Shown: one piece after another, positions 12,940 to 25,558 of the stretch
Layout of the letters: the number at the start of each line of letters is the position of its first letter
How positions within the stretch are numbered: position 1 is the first letter of the stretch
Source of the DNA: Octopus sinensis
Lineage: Eukaryota
DNA length: 64,000 nucleotides
Reading direction: 5' to 3'
NCBI RefSeq assembly: GCF_006345805.1
Contig: NC_043001.1
Location: forward strand, 118,916,001 to 118,980,000
Position numbers and translations under genes: made by a program
The notes under the pieces: generated by a model
Database searches by the model: none
The model's input: only the letters and a program-made list of their open reading frames with translations
Told to the model about the DNA's origin: nothing

Positions 12940-14190
12940 CCGGACTGGCGCACAATGGAGGAAATACTATGAATTAACGCTCTCCTGAAATGTGAATACA
13001 AACGGAATAGAACAAGTTTCATGTCAATCGGACAACTGGTACTTGAAATATTTGGGGTTTGGCGGGGCATAAATGTCTAAAACCGTGCATAATGGGAAAA
13101 TACTCCGAAAGTAACTTAACCCAGAAAAGGAAGAAACTCTAACCTTTTAATTAGACACATTAGTATTAGTGACTTTAACTTGCCAATGAAAAAATACCAG
13201 TTGTTTTTTACAGTAAATATTTCTATTTTCACTTTTGTTAAACAATATTTTAATCATTTAGAAATATTTTTAAGGGAATGTGATTTCAAAAATGTAAGTT
13301 ATTTGTACAGTAAGTAGTTATATTTTAGCTTTCTTTAAACAGACAATATTTTAATCTTTTAAAATTATTTTCAAGTGAATACCATTAAAAATTTTTTTTG
13401 GCATATTTAAAAATATTTTAAAGTGAAAATGACTTTAAAAATACGGTCAATATTTCGTAAAAGACCCGTTCGTATCCAGATGTGAAATAACTTTTTCCAT
13501 AGGATTTTTTCGAGTGCATTCAATGTATCTCACCGCGAAAGATTTGGCTGTAATTTCTAGCATGCCATGCTACCACTTAACAGCTATTTTGTAATTAAAG
13601 ACCCGAAATACCTGTTACGTGGTAGCAGAACATGCAAGAAATAGCAGCCAAATATTTCCTTTTCTGGGGAAAGGGAGCTGTTTATGCGTGATTTCGATGT
13701 CCTATTCGTTGAAGGCATGCGAAATAACCTGGAAAGAAAAAAAAAGAAAAAACAGCTTGCGATAGGTTTGGAGGTGAAATACGTTGAATGCTTTCGAGAA
13801 AAAACTGTGAAAAATTATTTCACACCAAAGCATGCTGTGCTATCGTCCTTTACGAAATATTTACCCAAGATCGGGATAGGCACGCGAATAGAAGGAGCGA
13901 TAAGACTGATAAAGCAAGGGCTGAGCGTCTGGCGGAACAGAAGGAAAGAGACAGAAGCAGGAAAGACCAGGAATCGGACACTTGAAGAGCTGAGCGTTTG
14001 GCGAAACAGAGGGGAAGAGGCAAAAGCAGAGGATCTCAAGAATCGGATGCTCATGCGAATACAAACGGAATAAAACAAATTTTGCGTAAATCTGATCACG
14101 GGTAATCGAGATACGCGGTTTTTTCTGGTACCTTTACAAATAGCCAAACCGGCGTATAATGGGGGAAATGCTTTGAAAGTAAGGTTCCAT
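12940..14190. mobile_element. Composite DNA-transposon relic, possibly Helitron/Helentron-related, with STPR-like 23-aa repeats
   Basis: Related modules gaatacaaacggaata(g/a)aacaa at ~12995 and ~14058; 69 bp tandem units 13902-13970 and 13971-14039 encode KTDKARAERLAEQKERDRSRKDQ and ESDT*RAERLAKQRGRGKSRGSQ. Confidence 0.4.
13542..13653. mobile_element. Small MITE-like inverted repeat
   Basis: atttggctgtaatttctagcatg...tgctaccac pairs with gtggtagca...catgcaagaaatagcagccaaat. Confidence 0.6.
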
Positions 14191-14924
14191 TGAAATGTTA
14201 ACCATGCAGCACTACGTACCCACTTTTCCTCTTTTTACCCCCTTTTCCTTCCTCCTCTTTCTCTCATTCTCTCTCTGTCCCTCACTCACATTCTGTGATC
14301 CCTCCCTCTTATTATTTGATCCCTCTGATTTCTTTCCCCTCTCTCCTATTCCTTAGTCCCTTAGCCCTCTTCAACTCCTCTCTCCTCTACCACGTGATCA
14401 CTGTCCGGCTTATGCATTGTCGTTCTTTTTTCGGCTGACTGCCTTTGTTCTGTCTCGCCACCCGGTCAGTTAAGATTTTTCAATTTCCTTTTTCCTTGCG
14501 CTAGATTACTTGCTACTTACTACACTGTCTGATAGCTGAAAGATTTGAAAGATTCTGTTTTATTTTATTTTTGTTGTATATTTGAAAGGCTTTTGTCCAT
14601 TGTATAATTCTATTTCTTATATTACGATCGTCCGATAGTCTAAAGACACATTCTATTTGTTATTTCCTTGTGTTTGTATATGTACATTCGTTTGCCTTGC
14701 TCAGGAGCTTAATGTCTTCAGCTTAAGCCCTTGACCCAACTGGTTTCGAGTAGTATCGGAGAGGATTGGGCGAAACACGTGGACATTCCAGACTCCGACT
14801 GAAGAAGCAATTGGCTGCGAATGATCCGTGTATCTTGTTTTGTCCTGTTTGCCGTTGATGTGCTTTTACTGCTTATGTTTTGATGATTTCCGTTTGTTGT
14901 GTTTTTTTACATTTGATATAGATA

Positions 14925-14938
14925 TATATTATATATAT

Positions 14939-15008
<70 letters not shown>
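14925..15008. repeat. (TA)n microsatellite between two convergent repeat ends
   Basis: Direct reading. Confidence 0.9.
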
Positions 15009-15011
<3 letters not shown>

Positions 15012-15591
15012 TATATGGGTTACAGCATGTCACCAACTGTGTAAACAACATGAAGTACGAAAAACAAATGAGTTAAATACACAAACAACGAGAGACAAAA
15101 GGGAAAACAGGACAAGTAACACAGAGAACGACCCTTCATCAGTTGTCGGTTCACTTGTCGCGGTTTATTATTTAAGCTTATGTCGATTCCTCTATGGTGT
15201 TGTTTTGCATTTATAATAAAATAAATATACTCAAATTATAAAGATAATAAAAAAAATATACAGTACTGTTTCTACTTCGCGGATTTTCATCTATTTCGGT
15301 TTTTTTTTTGGAACGCAACACCAGCGATAGTCGAGGGATTATTGTAATCGACTTACCCGCTACCCCGAACTTGCTGGCCTTGTGTAAAAAAACTGAAGTC
15401 AATATATAGTTTTATAATTTCAGCTTATATCCCTCTGTTACTTAGTTCCATAATCCTGTCTTTCGACATTCCTCAGACGGTGCTGTCTGATGGAACAGGT
15501 ATCTTTCTCGGTTGGTGAGACAGAAACCAATTGTGTTTATGTTCTAATATAAAATATATTGCAATCATTAATTCTTGGTTTCAAATTTTAG

Positions 15592-15790
15592 CACAAGGTC
15601 AGCAATTTCGGGGAGGGTTCAAGTCAATTACAGTGACCTCAGTGCTCAGTTTGTATTTATTTTATTGACCCCGAAAGGATGAAAGGTAAAGTCGACCTCG
15701 GCAGAATTTGAACTCGGAACGTAAGCCCGGAAGAAATACAGCTAGGCATTTCGCCCGGCGTGCTAACGATTCTGCCAGTTCGTCGCCTTT
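15592..15790 (-). mobile_element. tRNA-headed SINE family A, monomer
   Basis: Reverse complement of head aaggcg(a/g)cga(a/g)ctggcagaa, B-box gagttcaaatt, core gaggtcgacttt..ggggtc(a/g)at. Confidence 0.85.
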
Positions 15791-17002
15791 CTATATTTAT
15801 AGATTAACACCCCTGCTTATTTTCAGCTAATTTCATAGAGATGTAGGCCATTCGTGTGCCAAATGAATAAATATGTACTGCATACGTTCTTGACTTTCTT
15901 TCTAACTTAACTCAAAAGAGGCGAATTGGAAGAGGCATTAGAGCGCGGGCAGAATGTTTAGCGATATTTGTTCTGACTACCCGCAGTCTGAGTTCGAATC
16001 TTTCAGAAGTTGCCTTTCATCATTTCGAGACAGTCAAAGAACCAATTCTAGGTGTTGGGATGAGCAGAATGGTAAGAACATTGGGTTGAATACCTGGCTG
16101 TATTTGTTCTTACGCTTTGCATTCTGAATTTAAATCTATGGACTACTTCAGAAGTAGACTTAATCTGGCACTTTGCCGCTATCGGAGTTCACTCTGTTGC
16201 AAGCATCAGGGCCAGGTTTCTGGTTTGAGTGGTACCTTCCTCTCACCAGTCTCGGAGTCTCTGTAACAAATCATGAGCTCTGCCTTTCATCCTGACTAAA
16301 AGATAAAAATGAAATAATACACACTACTTATTTTGATTAAATTTCAAAAACAATATAGAATTTGGGAGGGATTTAGTAAATTAAACAGTATGGTGCTCCA
16401 GCACGGCCGCAGTCAAATGACTGAAATATGTAAAAGAATAAAACAATATATTTGATGCAGCTGTTGTTCAGCTATAAGTAGGAATATGTTCTTTTTTATT
16501 TTTCTAATTTAAGACCTGAGAGAGATTCGATTGCCATTTTTAGCATGTCTAGTATTAGTATATTTAGTTGTTTGATAAATGACAGGACTCTCTTATGACG
16601 GAATTAAAATATGAACGCTCTAAAACAGGCATGTTTCAAATTTCTGAAATGTATTTAATGTCTCACGACAGTTTTATCAAAATGCCTTGTCATTATTATT
16701 ATTTTTAAAACTTAAATATTGATGAATTTTAATAGAACGTTTAAATACAATGAAACAGGAAAGAAGAGAGATAAGAAAAGAAACGAAAGAAAAGGAAAAT
16801 GTGGAGAGTGGGGGTAAAGCAACAGAAGATGAAGGGGGAGGGGCGATGGGCTGCATCAAAAGGGTTAATGGGGTCTAGTTTGCTCACTAAATCTTTGTCC
16901 GATGCAACCAAATGGAAAGAAGCTATCTGATTGTTGGCTGTAGACAAGCATATGGTTGTCGGTGACAGGGTTCGAATTGCCGATCCACTGGTTGCTCGGT
17001 AT

Positions 17003-17235
17003 TTGTTTCTTTATTACCCACAAGGGGCTAAACATAGAGGGGACCAGCAAGGACAGACAAACGGGTTAAGTCGATTATATCGACCCCAGTGCGGAACTGG
17101 TACTTAATTTATCGACCCCGAAAGGTTGAAAGGCAAAGTCGACCTCGGCGGAATTTGAACTCAGAACGTAACGGCAGACGAAATACGGCTACGCATTTCA
17201 CCCGGCGTGCTAACGTTTCTGCCAGCTCCCCGCCT
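17003..17235 (-). mobile_element. SINE family A monomer ending in the 'L' tail, with 19 bp TSD
   Basis: Same head and core as the other copies; TSD tccactggttgctcggtat (16984-17002) / tccacttgttgctcagtat (17236-17254). Confidence 0.9.
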
Positions 17236-17567
17236 TCCACTTGTTGCTCAGTATCATAGTCATTCAATGTAGGAATCTTAATGTATAAAAGTGAATGTAT
17301 GAATATATATTACCAGTTGCAAGACACTGATTGGAATCTCGATGTTTGAAGTTTTACATAAGTGCCTGCCTTGTCAAGGAGAAGGTAAAAGTTATGTAAC
17401 ATTCTCTCAGATTCTTTCTATAAGTCCAGGTATTATTTAGAAAGAGATTAGTACAATGGACCAAATTCGTAATCAAAACCATCCAGCCGAGGTAATACTG
17501 TATTAAATGAATATGAGAAAGACAGGAAATACAGTACGATTTATTCGTGATCAGAGTTGTTTGAAAA

Positions 17568-17784
17568 CAAGGGGGTGCTGAAAAGTTCTTGGCTTTAAGA
17601 GTATCGCGAAATGCCTTCTTAGAGGCCCAGCTTTCCGAGTTCTTTACAGGGCTTATAAACACTGAAGGACAGCTGCAATAAGCGTGTGAATCCAAGAGAG
17701 AATATGTTGAGTAAAATCATAATTAACTGATCCTCTTGTATTTACTTTTACCTAAAGCCAATAAGTTTTCATCCCCTCACCTCG
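17568..17784. mobile_element. Mariner-derived non-autonomous MITE
   Basis: Imperfect TIRs caagggggtgctgaaaagttcttggcttta and taaagccaataagttttcatcccctcacctcg-TA; internal part resembles a mariner transposase 3' end. Confidence 0.7.
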
Positions 17785-18533
17785 TATATATATATATATA
17801 ATATTATATTTATGTATACATATGTTGTGTGTGTGTGTGTGTGTTTGTGTGTGTGGTGTGTGTGTGTGTGTCTATATATACATATGAATAGGAGTTATTC
17901 CTGTTATGGTTAAACGAACTGTGTTTGTGAACACTTACAGGAAATAAAATGTCAAGCTGAAGATAACCTCTTTTGAGCAATCTTTAAAACTTTTAATAAC
18001 ATGGATGACAAAAGTTCTACCAAGGGTTGTGTGTTTGTGTTTGCGTATTTGTGGTGTGCGTATTTTGCATGTATATATGTATATGTATATATTATTATAT
18101 ATATATATATATATATGGCTATATATATATATAATAATATTTATATATATATGCTTGTACCTCTTTACTGGTGTAAAACCGATACTGTGTAAAAATATAA
18201 CTTTGTGTTTCGATAATAGAATTGTCACACTGGAATAACATCTGAGATCGGTGCGATTGATTAGAACCCAAGACTGTGTCCTAATGACTAAAATCAGTAA
18301 GCGAATAAAAAAAGCAATGAAAGGGAAAAAAAAAAAAAATTAAGAGAAACGGCTCAATTAAATAATGTAGGTGTGGATACTTTTCACCTGAAACAAACAC
18401 ACACACACGAAAAAACAATGGGATGGTCATAGTTGGAGCGTCTTTGATTATAAATAAATAGAAAGAAGCAGACAAAATATACGTAAAGGAAAGGAAAATA
18501 CGTTGAATAATATAGTTCTAGATATATATCTGG

Positions 18534-18842
18534 AGGCGCAATAGCCCAGTGGTTAGGGCAGCGGACTCGCGGTCGGAGGATCGCGGTTTCGATTCCCAGA
18601 CCGGGCGTTGTGTGTGCCTATTGAGCGAAAACACCTAAAAGCTCCACGAATCTCCGGCAGGGGGTGGTGGTGACCCCCTGTTGTAGTCTTTCACCACAAC
18701 TTTCTCTCACTCTTTCTTCCTGTTTCTTGAGTAACGCTGCGATGGACTGGGGCCCCCTGTCCAGCTGGGAGGAATACATACGCCACAGAAACCGGGAAAC
18801 CGGGCCCATGAGCCTAGCTAGGCTTGAAAAGGGCGACGAGAG
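18534..18842 (+). mobile_element. Full-length tRNA-headed SINE family C with V/Meta-like central domain and 14 bp TSD
   Basis: A-box tagcccagtgg, B-box ggtttcgattcc; ctgcgatggactgg..tgtccag and cagaaaccggg motifs (domain naming from memory); TSD agatatatatctgg at 18520-18533 and 18843-18856. Confidence 0.8.
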
Positions 18843-19391
18843 AGATATATATCTGGTAAAAACAAACTAGAAGAAACCAAAAATTATTGTAAAAGAGAAA
18901 AAGCACATTGATTAAATAATACTGTTTTTCATACATTATATCTAAAATGATCAAAACAAGATGGGATAGTCATGGCTGGAAAGTTTTTGATCGGAGCTGA
19001 CCTTGTTTTTACACAACAATGACCATAAAAACAACAGGATCGTAATAACAATATTAATGCAGTGTTATAATGTTCACTCTGGTGTGTTTTTAACAGGAAT
19101 ATCTTTGGTAGCTTGTTATGTTAAAGCAGGAGGTCGGAAGCTTGCAACCGACTGACTTCTCTCTTAACGATCACAGCTTCATTCATGACTGTTTCATTAA
19201 CTTTTCGCCACCGATTTATTTGTAAAAAAGCCGATTTTACGGTTTGATTAACTCGATCTATCAATACTTTTAGCTGGTTCTATTTCAGACATTATGCACG
19301 CCGATATTGAAGCACGCAAATATACCGCACACAAGTGCGCACACAGACACACACAGACACACACACAGACACACACACAGACACACACACA

Positions 19392-19436
<45 letters not shown>

Positions 19437-19680
19437 ACACACACACATACACACAGACACAAACATACACACAGACACTCATGTACATACGCACGCACAT
19501 TCACGCACGCATGCGCGTTAACGAAAATATGAGCTTGTATGTAAGCCTTTGTTGAATATTTTAATGTATTTGCTCGTTAAACCAGAAGAATACGAGCACG
19601 CGCGCGCACATGGATGCGTGTGGGCATTTCACCTGTCCATAAATCTATACGAAATAAAACTTAATCTGCTTTCTTTTCAG

Positions 19681-19703
19681 AGAGTTCTCTCAAATTGTCT
19701 TAC
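19681..19703 (+). CDS. Candidate 23-nt micro-exon
   Basis: cttaat branch-like site, ctgctttcttttcAG acceptor, AC|GTAAGT donor; open in all frames; phase-compatible with 6457-6586 (gives EFSQIVL). Confidence 0.35.
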
Positions 19704-19710
19704 GTAAGTC

Positions 19711-19744
<34 letters not shown>

Positions 19745-20262
19745 CTGTGTGTGTGTATGTGTGTGTGTATAATATCGACTTATGTATATATATATGCATT
19801 ATATATATATATACACATATACGTACATACATGTATGCATGTGTGTGTATGTGTATGTATGTGTGTGTGTGTGTATACACGCGCGCAAAACCACATGAGT
19901 CTAAAAGCTAAAGAATCGCCTTTTCGGTTTATATGGGTTTCATCACTTTCGATCTGTTTAGGTGATAAATTCCTCATATTGACTAATTCTTTGCAAGCCT
20001 CATTTATAGAGAAAGCCTGATTATAATCTCACGGAGACTACTTAAACTCATCTATATCGGTGCAAAAATGACAATTCCTAGGTTGTTAAATTGGTATACC
20101 ACCCCTTAGTATTTACAACTCTAAAATTGATTCAGATCAATTTTATAGACTGAATTAATATGCTCTATTATATTATTGTCGAGTACTAGCAGAAATACTG
20201 CCCTCCAGGCGGTTTTCTTTTGAGAGGAAAAGAGATAGAGACAGATAGATAGAGATAGAGAT

Positions 20263-20329
<67 letters not shown>

Positions 20330-20914
20330 TAGAGAGATGCCGCAATGTATGAAAATTAGCTAGTGATTGAAGCGTGTACTTGAATGTACAATTAGGAAGA
20401 TATTACAAAACCTCATTTTGATAAAAATATATTAAAATTAAAAGTTATAAGTTTTTTCGACATTTTCACTTTAGTCATTGCTTTCATTAAGCAACATAAT
20501 TCCAACTAATTAATAAACAACTTTCTCTATTATAGTATTGACACTGGGTATTCGTTCTTAACTTGTGATTAGCGTATGAAAAGAATGTATTTTACTTCTT
20601 ATGAAGGGGAAAATGTTAGCTGGTAATTCGGGGAAATTTACAAATCCTATCATGAGTTTGATAAATGGTAAAAAAAAAAACAAAACAAATAAAAACAATA
20701 CAAAAATAACCGTAATCGATCAAGATCTTCAGTAATATCTCCTTGAAAGTCTACTTGCGAATGGATCGTCCTAATAATCGTCCTGTTACGCACGCAGTTT
20801 TCCAATTTTCACCACCTTTGTCTTTTTAAACTGAAATTAGTTAAATCGCGAATTTCCTATCTTAGGCGGAGTTACGGAAGGAACCTCTCAGTGTTCAGTC
20901 AACCTGTTAAAAAT

Positions 20915-21090
20915 AACAACTAAATCCTCCTCAAAAGACACGATGTCATCTTCAGGGAAAAATAGATACATTTGACATTGTAATTTCTAATATACAAAGA
21001 AACAAGATGATTACGGTCGGAATGCCTTTGATCACATGTGTGTTCGATCACGGTTGACGTGAGCCTAAAGAACAGCAACAACAGCAATAA
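20915..21090 (+). mobile_element. Unclassified dispersed repeat with (AAC)-type tail; related copies at ~18930-19035(+), ~34880-35010(+), ~46370-46525(+), ~55440-55720(-), ~61610-61800(-)
   Basis: Shared motif g(a/g)tggtca..gg(c/t)tggaa(t/c).cctttgatca.a.gtctg.tcgatc...gctgac...(c)taaacaacaac recognised by eye. Confidence 0.55.
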
Positions 21091-21427
21091 ATTACTTATA
21101 AAGGGCAAATTCAAATATGTTTAACTCGAGCAAACAAACTTGCTCACTTCAACATAGAAAAAATGCATTTATTTTATATAACGAAACTAAGAGTAGTTTA
21201 ATATCCGCTGTAGCAATATCGTGTGAATTAGAGGATAAAATACATCTTGCAGATTTATATATCAAAATAAGATTTTGATAGCTAAAAGGTGTAACGATGA
21301 GAGGCACAGATATAGTTGTATGATAAAGAAGTTTGTCAATCAATTTTGGTTCAATTCTATTGCTTGGCATCTAGGGTTAGGGGTCACCGACTAAAGTAAC
21401 AGGTTGGCCAATATGTTGTGAATGGAA

Positions 21428-21623
21428 GGCAGCGAGCTGGCAGAAACGTTAGCACGCCGGGCGAAATGCTTAGCGGTATTTCGTCTGTCTTGCGTTCTGA
21501 GGTCGACTTTGCCTATCATCCTTTTGGGGTCGATAAATCAAGTACCAGTTGTGTACTGGGATTGATCTAATCGATTGGCACCCTCCCCCTAGAATTTCGG
21601 GCCTTATGCCTAGAGTAGAAAAT
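21428..21623 (+). mobile_element. SINE family A monomer with 'T' tail and 18 bp TSD
   Basis: TSD aatatgttgtgaatggaa at 21410-21427 and 21624-21641. Confidence 0.9.
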
Positions 21624-21880
21624 AATATGTTGTGAATGGAATTTGGTAGACAAAAATCCGTCGAGGGTGTATATATTTCACATCCTTCTTCAGCACAGCT
21701 TTCCATTGAAAAAGATTTATCATAGATTTATCAAATGCTACGTACCTCAAACCTTCTGACCATGCGACATCAAAATATTGAAGAAAGTGAGCAAAAGCTA
21801 AACCTACATATGCAATGTATATGAAATATATACAAAAATATATATGAAATATATATTCCATATGTTAATCCAGAAACATG

Positions 21881-22187
21881 ATGTTCCAGATAACCACCAG
21901 ACTTCGTTTTCGTTATCTATTCCTTCTGTTTTGCATATGTGAATTACAGGGTTGTCGTGCCCGGAGTCCAACTTTGATAGAAATAAGCATTCTTGACTGC
22001 TATTTTTTTTTTTCGGTATGCGTCGGTCAAGCAACCTGTTGCCTGTCCCTTTTTCTTATATACAATATATATACTGAACTTTACAGAAGTTCCGGCCGGT
22101 AATCGGCTATATTTAACATACCGAATTCTACCAGTAAATAATTGGGGTTTTTTAAAAGCCTTTATAGAAATTATTTACTCTTATTAT

Positions 22188-22222
<35 letters not shown>

Positions 22223-24088
22223 GAAGCGTGACTGGAGAAATCAACCAATGAACCAACATATATATCGGTCATTGTTAAATCGAAATAAAAATGTATTGTT
22301 TGCATGTTTATGAATTGTATAATTTTATAATTTTCAATCTCTTTTGCTTATAAAATAATTGCTATTTCTAGAATGAAATAGATTAGATTCACTTAAGTAC
22401 CACAAAATGAAAACAACATATTTTATTTAATGACTTCATCTTTCACCGCTGAAGACAATGATTCAGTTTTACTTTGCATTGTGCCCCCAAGTCAGTTTAG
22501 CATTGTGGTTTAAATATTATGTATTTAAATATTAATAAAAGTTATATTTGTAATCTGTTTATTCAAAAAATAGCATCAGTTTAAACTGGTATTAGTTAAT
22601 ATTTAATTTTATTTATGCCCAGTATAAATCATAATATTCGTAGCATAAAGATGGTCTATTGTACAAGATTTAACTGTTTCGTTTCGAGTCTCACTTTCTC
22701 TCAATAATTTTCCCCTACCCCTTATTGATTTTTATACAAATATGCTAATTAACTAACTTTGTATTATTTTCGTCTTTTTCTACAATTTACACATATTGTT
22801 TTTTTTTTCACTATTATCAGTCTAATGTTAATTTTTTATTACGCTCTGATTATTTTTCCTTAACTCATATAAATATCATTTATTTATGGACCATGATAAT
22901 TCACTTTCTCACATTTTCCTACATTTTAAAAGATAAGCTAAATGCTGTTGGTCCCAATGGATAACTTCACACCTTTTTTAACATATACTTTATAGAACTG
23001 CTGATACTGCAATAACTACTAACTTTATAAGGTATTAATTTTATCAGTGGTCTTATCCATGCTTATTTTATTATTTTGGTTTTACTTTGAATAAATTGTA
23101 GACGATAACTTCTGCAGAGCTAAACCGACAACTACTTGAGCTTCACTTTAACTATAAGTTTGAGAAAATGTTCCCTTTGTCTTCTCCGGAGTACCCAGGA
23201 TTTTACATCTGCAAGGAAAAGATGTATCAACACTTGGATAGAACTCGTGATTTGATCAGACTGGAGAAATGTAAATCAAAGCGCCTTCCCCAATGCGTTA
23301 TTCGGTCTAGGAATCGAATCCACGAATTATGATCGTGAGCTCGACACCCTAACCACTATGCCGCGCGCCTCCAAATGGCAATTAATGTAACAGGATATGA
23401 ATGTTTTAAATGATTGTTTTAGATTTACTACGAGATCGTTGTTTTAGTTTCAACTTAAATCTTGGATCAAGTCTCTGGCCAAGCAAATGCAATACAAAAA
23501 TATAAGAATGTTATGTAAGAAATGTGAGCAGCATTTCGGGTTATCTAACAGATAACCTGTTGCTGTTTTTACATGATCTGAATGCTCAATACTTCTGAAG
23601 GACCAATTCGAAATAATATCAGATGTTTTACAACTCTTTTACTTGCATTAGTCACCAGACGGCTGCCATATTAGGGCACCACCTTCAAATCGATAATTTC
23701 GATTTCAGTAATTATTCCACTTCAATATTTTTTTATCTATCTGTATTCATCGAATGGTTACGTTACTCTTTAACAAGCGCCGGTTTACAAATAGGTAACC
23801 ACAAACACAGGAACGGGAACACGCACACACAGAAGTTTATTATATTTTCTGACTAAAACAGTGAGTTCTTTTCTCACTTAATGTTTTGTATTATTTCTTG
23901 TATGTAAAAGAAATTTTATGTTCACAGATAACCACCAGACTTCGTTTTCGTTTATCATTCCTTCTGTTTTGCATATGTGAATACAGGGTTGTCGTGCCCG
24001 GAGTCCAATTGATAGAAATAAGCATTCTTGACTGCTATTTCTATTTTTTCGGTATGCGGTCAAGCAACCTGTTGCCTGTCCCTTTTTT
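21881..24088 (+). repeat. ~175 bp direct repeat pair (21881-22055 and 23918-24088)
   Basis: Near-identical by manual alignment; the differences are almost all 1-3 nt indels. Confidence 0.9.
23225..23373 (-). mobile_element. Partial tRNA-headed SINE (tggaggcgc head)
   Basis: Reverse complement reads tggaggcgcgcggcatagtggttagggtg...ttcgattcc. Confidence 0.7.
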
Positions 24089-24100
24089 TATATATATTAG

Positions 24101-24134
<34 letters not shown>

Positions 24135-24648
24135 GAGAGAGAGAGAGAGAGAGAGAGGGGGGTAGAAAGGGTGAGTGTGAGGAGCCAGTGTAGGATGAGT
24201 GCACATCCTAGACTTGGTGGAGGTCAATGAGTGGAAAGCAGCGAGGGAGAAAGAATCAAAGAGATGGAGGAAGAGAAGTTGACAGAATAGATACAGGAAT
24301 GATTCAAATGAGAAATATGTTGATTAAATTTTATTTTATGACAATAAATATTTTTCATTTGGATGTTAGTATTCATCATTTTGTATAAACCCAAGAAATT
24401 TTTATAAAAGTTGAATTATAATGCTTGTATGTATCCCATATTTCCTGATATTACTCATGATGGCAAAATCATACTTCCCATAATGTATATAATACTTAAA
24501 ACACATTATGTGACTTGAGGTGCAATGGAAAGCAAAGCTAAGTTATTGTCTTCAGTGGTGAAAGATGAAGTCGTTAGCAAAAATAATATGATTCGTTTTG
24601 TGGTACTTAAACGTGGCCCGATGCAACCTATATCGCCGTCTATGACTA

Positions 24649-25277
24649 TCAGGTCGAGTAAAAACTAAGCAACGTTTTGAATCATTAAGAATTTGTACCG
24701 GATAATTGCAGAGTTTTTAATTTTTTTAAACACTGTTTTACAATTGTCTGATAATACAGACATAGACTTTCCCAAATGCATCAATAAATTATCGTTGATA
24801 TCTTTTCCTCGTTGTTACAATCATCTTAAATAAAACTGTCAAAGTGCGATATTCGAGCAATTTTCCTATTCAACTTCAAGAAAGGACGCAAAGCCGCTGG
24901 AACTGCTTGCAGTATCAAACGAAACATTTGATGAGGAAATGAACAGTGAATGGTCAGTTCGAAAATGGTTTAAACTATTTCGCAATGGAGACCCTTGAAG
25001 ATCGTGAGCGTAGTGGACGCCCATCTGTCATCGATGACGGTCAATTAAAGACAGTCATTGAGAAAGATCCACGTAAAACCACTCGAGAACTAGCAAAATA
25101 ACGTCAAGTTAGCCAGAAAACTGCATGTAATCATTTACATGCGATGGGAAAATGAAGAAAGCTCGACAGATGGCTACCACACAATTTGAATGAAAATCAG
25201 AAAATGCGCAGATATGAAATTTTCTCGTTGTTTCTTCTCCGTTACCAGATCTATCCACTTCTCGACCGCATCGTTCT
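24649..25277 (+). mobile_element. Mariner (Hsmar1/cecropia-like) 5' half, pseudogenised
   Basis: TA-tcaggtcgagtaaaaa TIR-like start; IRAIFLFNFKKGRKA, VRKWFKLFR, RSGRPSVID, WLPHNL (WVPHEL motif), LLDRIV; truncated before the first catalytic D. Confidence 0.85.
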
Positions 25278-25466
25278 GGTTCAGCGGACAATTTCCTACA
25301 TTCCCAAGTTCAGTTATTGTTGTGATTTGGAGATTTATGACCACGTTTTTGCAAATGTATACATAGTAATATATAGAGTTACACACATAATAAATATCTA
25401 TGACTATCCTTTTAAAAAACACAGACACAAAGATACTCCTACCACACACACACGCACACACACACG

Positions 25467-25558
<92 letters not shown>

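Noticed and set aside
18534-18605. tRNA-like sequence (also at 27244, 35040, 50259)
   Set aside because: A and B boxes are present but there is no proper cloverleaf, and each continues into a SINE body with TSD or tail
20700-20900. Strong minus-strand acceptor (tttttaacAG) near 20895
   Set aside because: Stops in all three frames within 16 nt; at most a non-coding exon, and unsupported
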